Assembly (NCBI GenBank): GCA_973895155.1
Contig: OZ316894.1
Span: 14,872,699-14,936,698 of the forward strand
Source: Marsupella aquatica
Taxonomy: Eukaryota > Plantae > Marchantiophyta
Direction: 5' to 3'
Length of the DNA stretch: 64,000 nucleotides
Part shown: piece by piece, positions 58,162 through 64,000 of the stretch
Layout of the letters: each line of letters starts with the position of its first letter
Position numbering within the stretch: position 1 is the first letter of the stretch
The notes under the pieces: model-generated
Told to the model about the DNA's origin: nothing
The model's input: only the letters and a program-made list of their open reading frames with translations
The model's database searches: none
Made by a program: the position numbers and the translations under genes

Positions 58162-59363
58162 CAAGAGGATTGGCTTCATGATTTTTTTAATCAAATCCTC
58201 AGCCATCTTCTTGGCACTCCTTGAGAAGGTTTTTCTACCTGGATGGTTATGCTCACCTATGTGAATTGCCAGGCACGACATTTGACTACATGTTTTTGCA
58301 TCAAGTAATACTTGCGAGTACATATAAAACAAGCGAGCAGGGCAATACTTGACACAAAATGGAATCGCTTGACAATAATGACATACAACACCTCCCTCTT
58401 CAATAAAAGAACCCACAACATATTGACCACTAAGCTTTGGAGCACCCTGCCATGCTTTAGCATTTGCCTTCTTCTTCCTTTGGAAGTACTTGCAGGACTT
58501 GTTCCGACATTCTCTTTTGGTTGCTCTTTTCTTTGATTGCATTGTACTTTACTTTTTGTGGCAGCTCCTTTGACTTTCATGGTCCCGGAGCTTATAATAC
58601 ATTACCATTACCATTACCATTCCATAAACCCTGTACAAATAACCTTACCAAATTGCCAAATTTTTTTCGCTCCACGTATGTTTGCGGTGGTTGGAAATAT
58701 GCGTGTCCAAATGTAGCAATCTTTGGCACAGTCCATGTCCCTAAGCCTAGACCCTTTTGAGAGCATCTTGTCAATGGGTGGCAATTCAAAGACAACGTTC
58801 CCATTGTACTTGTTTGGCAAACAAGAGACTTGCTCATGTCTAAAATCACCCGCTGATATGACCCTCGACAGCTTGGTGTGACCAGTGGATTTGAGCAATG
58901 TGTCCATTGCACTCTGTTGATACACGACCTCCAACTGGTTAGAGCTCCCCAGAGTCTTACCTTTAACAAAAACATGTTGTGGGACTTTCAACTTCAACAA
59001 AGGACTTGGAGTGTGATCTCCATCTTCACTAGAAGAAATCTCCACAACATCAAATGGAACCTATCGGACACTTGAGAGTCCTTCAGGTGGTCTAACCCCA
59101 AGTGAGTACAAAATCCCAGCGTTAAGATGCCAAAATTGTTCACCATCATCAACATTGAACATTGCAACATATTTGATATCGTCAATGGATTCAACCTCTC
59201 GAACAATGGACTCAATGTCATTCATGTTCAAATCAAATCTTCCGCAAAGGTATCTCTCTTGGACTTGCTTGTACGTGTCTGCCAAAGGGACGGGGATGGT
59301 GACAATATCCCTAGTCCCAAAGCGGGATAGAACGATAGACCAAGACATTACAATTGAAGACAA
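58162..59363 (-). pseudogene. Cys/His-rich N-terminal part of a DNA-transposon-like protein (probably MULE/SWIM-associated)
   Basis: YNGNVVFELPP..KVICTGFM|ECRNKSC..CHYC..CVKYCPARLFY..AIHIGEHNHP after removing the 110-bp insertion. Family assignment is from memory, not searched. Confidence 0.6.
58513..58617 (+). mobile_element. 105-bp 5'-truncated LINE-A insertion (3' UTR + tail) with TSD CATTC
   Basis: Matches the copy 0 3' UTR from ~86 into the tail. CATTC at 58508-58512 and 58618-58622. Excision restores CTGFMECRN. Confidence 0.93.
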
Positions 59364-60497
59364 ATATGGGGGCTGAAAGTTTTCAAGAAAGAAAAGTTTG
59401 CGAGAATGTGGAGCTTATACCAATTGCACTTGGGAACTTTACGTTAAAAGAGCCGTTTGTATAAGAGAGAAAACGTAGGCGACATGAAATCCGTTGGCGC
59501 CATAAATGATATTTTGTCATTTTTTCCCAATAAGTCCGGATGTCAGACCCTCATACATTGTCAGAAAGGTCCATTGAAAAAACTCCAATTCGATCACCAT
59601 AAGGCAATAAATATTAGGCACAATTTGAGTAGTGTTAGGCGCTAACTAAAATACGACAAAACTAAAGAGTCCCAAATATTGATATCCCATACAAGCGCCA
59701 GGCGCTAGTATAAAATCCACACTCTCCGCACACAAAATAATTCTGAAATTATATGGGATATGTGAGTTTCAAGGCACTCCATTATTGGAAACATACCAGA
59801 TTTAGGGATTAATGCTGCATGTTTTACCAGCGCCTGGCGCTAGTGCTGGGAGAAAGAAAGTTTTTCAGAAAATAGTTACAACAACCAAAACAATTTAAAA
59901 TATGGGGTGTTAAGAGGATAAATCATCTATTGCAACCACGAATTCAGACATATTTTTGTGTCTTTCTTATTACTAGCGCTGGGCGCTATCATCAAAACTC
60001 TTCCAATTATCTCTCTTTAGGGACCATCTTTTTAATAGCGCCCGACGCTAGTATTTCTTGCAAATGTGGAGAAGGGGTATTAACGGTAACTTCTGGGTTA
60101 CGTGTTGATTACGTGTCTTCTTTTGCTTGATTTAGATAATTGAGTTATCCAATTACATACGTTGGGATCCGCCAAACATACTAGCTTGCCTCTTGAACCA
60201 AAGAGATTTGCTGAACTACCCCCTCCTTCTAGAATATAATACACGTTCAAGGAGGATTAGAGTTTCATAATTTCTTTGTACGATTGTTTGTACGCTTCTA
60301 GAAGGAAGACGATGGAGGTATTCCCCTCTTCAAGGAGAGGGTATAGTGCAGTTCGAGATCAGAATCAAGCTTATTCTGAGTCGTCGCAGTCTTTGTTTAC
60401 TGGTTTGGTTTATACACGTCGTGTGACACGTTCCACAAAGTTGTTGCCTCCCATTTCTATTAGCGGTTTTTTGGTTCTGAAACCTTTGCATAGAAAG

Positions 60498-62031
60498 ATG
60501 GAGAATCTTGACACATTTGCAATCCAAGATGTCGAAAATTGCGCGCTTGTGAAGACTGATCTCATATCCAAGCATGTCGATCATGTCTTTGGGAAGGATT
60601 CTCATGGATTTGACAAGGAGCCGCCTCAAATTCCCCCTATGTCAATTGGTTCACATGGCAGTGGTTTGCACATTGCAAAAAGATAGCTCTTCCATGGAGA
60701 AGCTGAAAGACTCATTTTGTAGTATGGGTTACAACTCATCCATAGGAATGCGTTTCTATGTGCAACCAATGGACGAGAACAAAATTCTTCTGGCCTGTAC
60801 CCAGGAGATTCATGATACTTGGGATCCGATCTGGCAATTGGAGAATGAGAAGTTTGAGGCCGAATGCGAGGCCGACCAAATTTTCTCATGTTGAAGGATA
60901 AGATGTTCTTTGTCTTTGATGGAAATCATAGGTTGTACTCATGGACGCTTGTTACAGAGGAGAACCTCGAGAATCCAAAGTACCATCCTCGTGTATTCTG
61001 TACAATTTTTAAGGGAGACAAGGGATCTCTGATTGAAATTGAAGCAGCTATGCACACCGTCAATTAGTAAGTTCACGTACTTATCCAGTTCCTTTCTTGA
61101 ATCTTGGAGTGTTCGATTTAAGAGCGCCCGGCGTTGGTTATAGGTCAATTCTTATTTGACTCTAACAAACTGCTTTTGTTCTTGTAGGCTTGGACAAGCC
61201 GTTGTTGAACCCTCCTGGATCCTAGATGCAGTTAGAATCAAAAGGATTCTGGCCCATGACCTTGAGTATTACAGTAAACTCATTGACCTGGCCAATTTCA
61301 AGAAGTTTGAGAACATTTGGCTGAAGACTCGGAAGGGGTCATGGTATACAAAGAAGATGCCACAGGAAGCTCTTGTTTACATTCTATGTGAGAATAAGAT
61401 AAAGTCTTATTTGCACCAATTCAAGCTTGACATGGATGCAACCCAGGCTCAAGGGAGTCCCTGGTTGGTGGAAGAGATTTCTAAATGGCATGCCTTAATG
61501 ATGAAGGACGCAACCAAAGACTGGGTAGTGAAGAGTTCAAAAAATACGCCCTTGTTAAGTCCTGAATTTGAAGATTTCCTGAGTACATGTGCAGAAATGT
61601 ATGTTGTCACGGAGAGAAACAAGAGAGAGAAGAAGCCCGACACCGTGTTATGTACAATGGACTGCGCCCGATTGTTCACCGCGGTCTTTGTACTAGACCC
61701 AAAGTTGCAGAGTACCCTACTTGTGGCACATTGCAATCTTGAGCTTTGGAGGCAGTTTTTCCACCCAGCTAGTGTTAACGACGACCCAGTGAAACAATGG
61801 TGTCACACTTGGATCACTTGGAATAGTGTGGAGGGAATTGTTGTCGGCATGTTACAGTCGTCTCTTTGTGAAGTAGAGCAAACCATTCCCGGGACTCGAT
61901 TGGAAGAGTGGAAGTGTGATTCCTTTGATGATCTCGTTCATTTTGTTATGAACGAGTTCAAGAGATATGGTGATTCCGTGAAGACTAAGTTCTTTCACAC
62001 TATGTCACTAGTAGAAACCGTGGCAATTTAG
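60498..62031 (+). pseudogene. Decayed gene with a ParB/sulfiredoxin-like motif; intron ~61067-61187
   Basis: EKLKDSFCSMGY...FFVFDGNHRLYSW. GTAAGT..TTGTAG intron. Stops and frameshifts present. Confidence 0.55.
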
Positions 62032-62569
62032 ACCAAACCTTATAGGACTAAGGCCACTAAGTCCTTTTTGGCAACCTTAAATGACTCGAAACCATTGCCA
62101 CGGTTCACATGAGCACTACAAAAGACTGTGAGTGCTTTTTGGTTTTGGATAAGACTATGAAAAGTACCCTTCTTTGTGAATGTATGAACACTCTAGCACA
62201 TGATGGGTTGTAGGGTTTAGTTGTGGGCTTTAATTTGATAATGGGCATATGGGGGGGGGGGGCACAATTCATTTGACGACCTCTTTACCAACATCCCGCT
62301 AACTTGAACACGGACAAACGGTGTAAATGTTGAAATTCCCTAATTTTGAATATACTCCATAGTGGGTTTGGGGGGGTTTAGGGCTCAAGGGTGGGCCGGT
62401 TACATGCAAAGGGTGTGGGGGTTCACCACTAAAGGGGTTTAGGGGGGTTTATATGCCAAGGGTGGGCCGGTTAGGTCTCAAGGGGGTGGGGGTCAGTAAA
62501 GGGGGTTTAGGGTCAGAGAACACTCAATTGAAATAGTGATGCAGCGATTTAGGGTAAACGAACGATTTA

Positions 62570-64000
62570 GGGTAAGCCCAAAATTTGAATATGCCAAGAC
62601 TATCGGAAGCTCAATGACACCACTCAAAAAGACCATTACCCGCTTCCGTACACGGATATGGTTCTTGACATGGTAGCTCGAAATGAGGTATACACCTTCC
62701 TGGACGGGTACTCGGGGTATAACCAGATTTGGATCCAACTATCAGACCAACTCAGAACCACCTTCATAATGGAGTGGGGAACCTACGCGTTCAGAAGGAT
62801 GCCCTTCGGCCTATGCAATGCCCCCGCTATGTTCCAACGAATCATTATGAATATTTTTCATGACTTCTTACGAGAATTCTTAGAGGTGTTCATAGATGAT
62901 TTTGCCATCTTCAGAACAATTGCTCAGCACCTAGAACACTTAAGGCGGACTTTTGAGCGATGCAGGGAAGTAGGTTTGAAGCTTCACTCGGGTAAATGCT
63001 TCTTTGGGGTAACGGAAGGAGTACTGTTGGGACACCAAGTATCCAAATGAGGGATTGAGGTGGACCAAGAGAAGGTGGTTGCGTGGATGAACTAGAAGGC
63101 GTTGCGATCCTTCTTAGGCTGTGTGGGGTACTACCGACGATTCATTCAGGATTTTGCCAAAATAGCCCTACCCCTCACAGAAATGATGAAACAAGACGCA
63201 ATCATAAAAATGACTCCCCGCCAAGTAGCAGCCTTTGACGAACTAAAAAAACGTCTAACTATGGCTCCTATCTTGACTACCCCCAACTGGAATAAGGAGT
63301 TTCACGTGTACGTTGACATATCTAGGTTTTGCATTGGGTCAGTCTTGAGCCAACTAGACGACGAGAAACAAGACCACCTCATCTACTATGCGAGCCAACA
63401 ACTGTTTGCGGCGGAGAGGAATTATTCGCCCATGGATCAGGAGGCCTTGGGGATTATCTACTCCTGTAAGAAGTTTTGCCATATCTATTGGGATATAAGG
63501 TAATTTTCCATACGGACCATGATAGCCTGAAATACATGGTAAACAAAACAGACTTGACGGGGAGAATAGCCCATTGGGTCTTACTACTCCAAGAATTCAA
63601 CTACAAAATCCGAGTGCAGCCTGGAAAATCACACGTGAATGCAGACTTCTTCTCAAGGATTGAGGGGGGGTTAGATGACGCACCCATTGATGATGCATTT
63701 CCAGACGAAGAGTTATTCCACGTCGGGATGGATCATCCAATGTGGTACGGGGACCTAATCACTTTTCTCTTAACTGGCCACATTCCAAGTAACATTAACT
63801 AGAAGGCCCACGTCAGTCTTCCTGCGTAAGGCATCACCTTACATGATGATACGCGGACATCTGCATAAGGAGGGCGTCGATGAGAAGATCCGCAGATGCC
63901 TAGAGTATAACGAAATGATAATCGTCATGCAAGCTATGCACGAGGAGGAAGCAGGGGGACACTTTGCCCTAGTAACCACGTCTCACAAAATCTTGGACGC
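62570..64000 (+). pseudogene. pol: Second Ty3/gypsy pol fragment (RT, RNase H, start of integrase), decayed, runs off the window
   Basis: ICQDYRKLN, FLDGYSGYNQI, MPFGLCNAP, FIDDF, ERNYSP, TDHDSLKY, EAGGHF. Several stops and frameshifts. No LTR or gag upstream. Confidence 0.92.

Noticed and set aside
58500-58630. LINE 3' UTR captured from the Zn-finger gene
   Set aside because: The TSD and restoration of CTGFMECRN on removal show it is a truncated LINE insertion.

Overview
Eukaryotic, gene-free, densely nested transposon region, most likely from a seed-free land plant (inferred from CACTA elements with GT-AG introns, an Athila/Phygy-type Ty3 element with a tRNA-Asp PBS, and bryophyte-like ORF families). 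Nesting was reconstructed from target-site duplications. The outermost layer is a decayed minus-strand Zn-finger DNA-transposon-like gene (59363-58162, resuming at 23020-22756). It is split by an LTR-type element spanning 23021-58161 (TSD CAAGA) and cut by a CACTA right end at 22755. Inside that element lie a 3983-bp TG..CA unit with TSD AAAGG that looks like a solo LTR yet carries a TATA box and an ~860-codon gene, and an 18-kb Ty3/gypsy element (33316-51360, TSD GAATC) with a TGA-CAA-TTA readthrough-type stop and an extra 3' ORF ending in a second protease-like domain. The region has been hit repeatedly by one young LINE family, with at least 8 pieces of near-identical sequence plus one diverged relative. 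This LINE has a 5' UTR of tandem 181-bp monomers, ORF1 and ORF2 in frame with a single TGA between them, and a (TTACCA)n tail. Two CACTA elements occupy 5373-22755 and a second gypsy pol fragment ends the window. All alignments were done by eye and no database searches were run.
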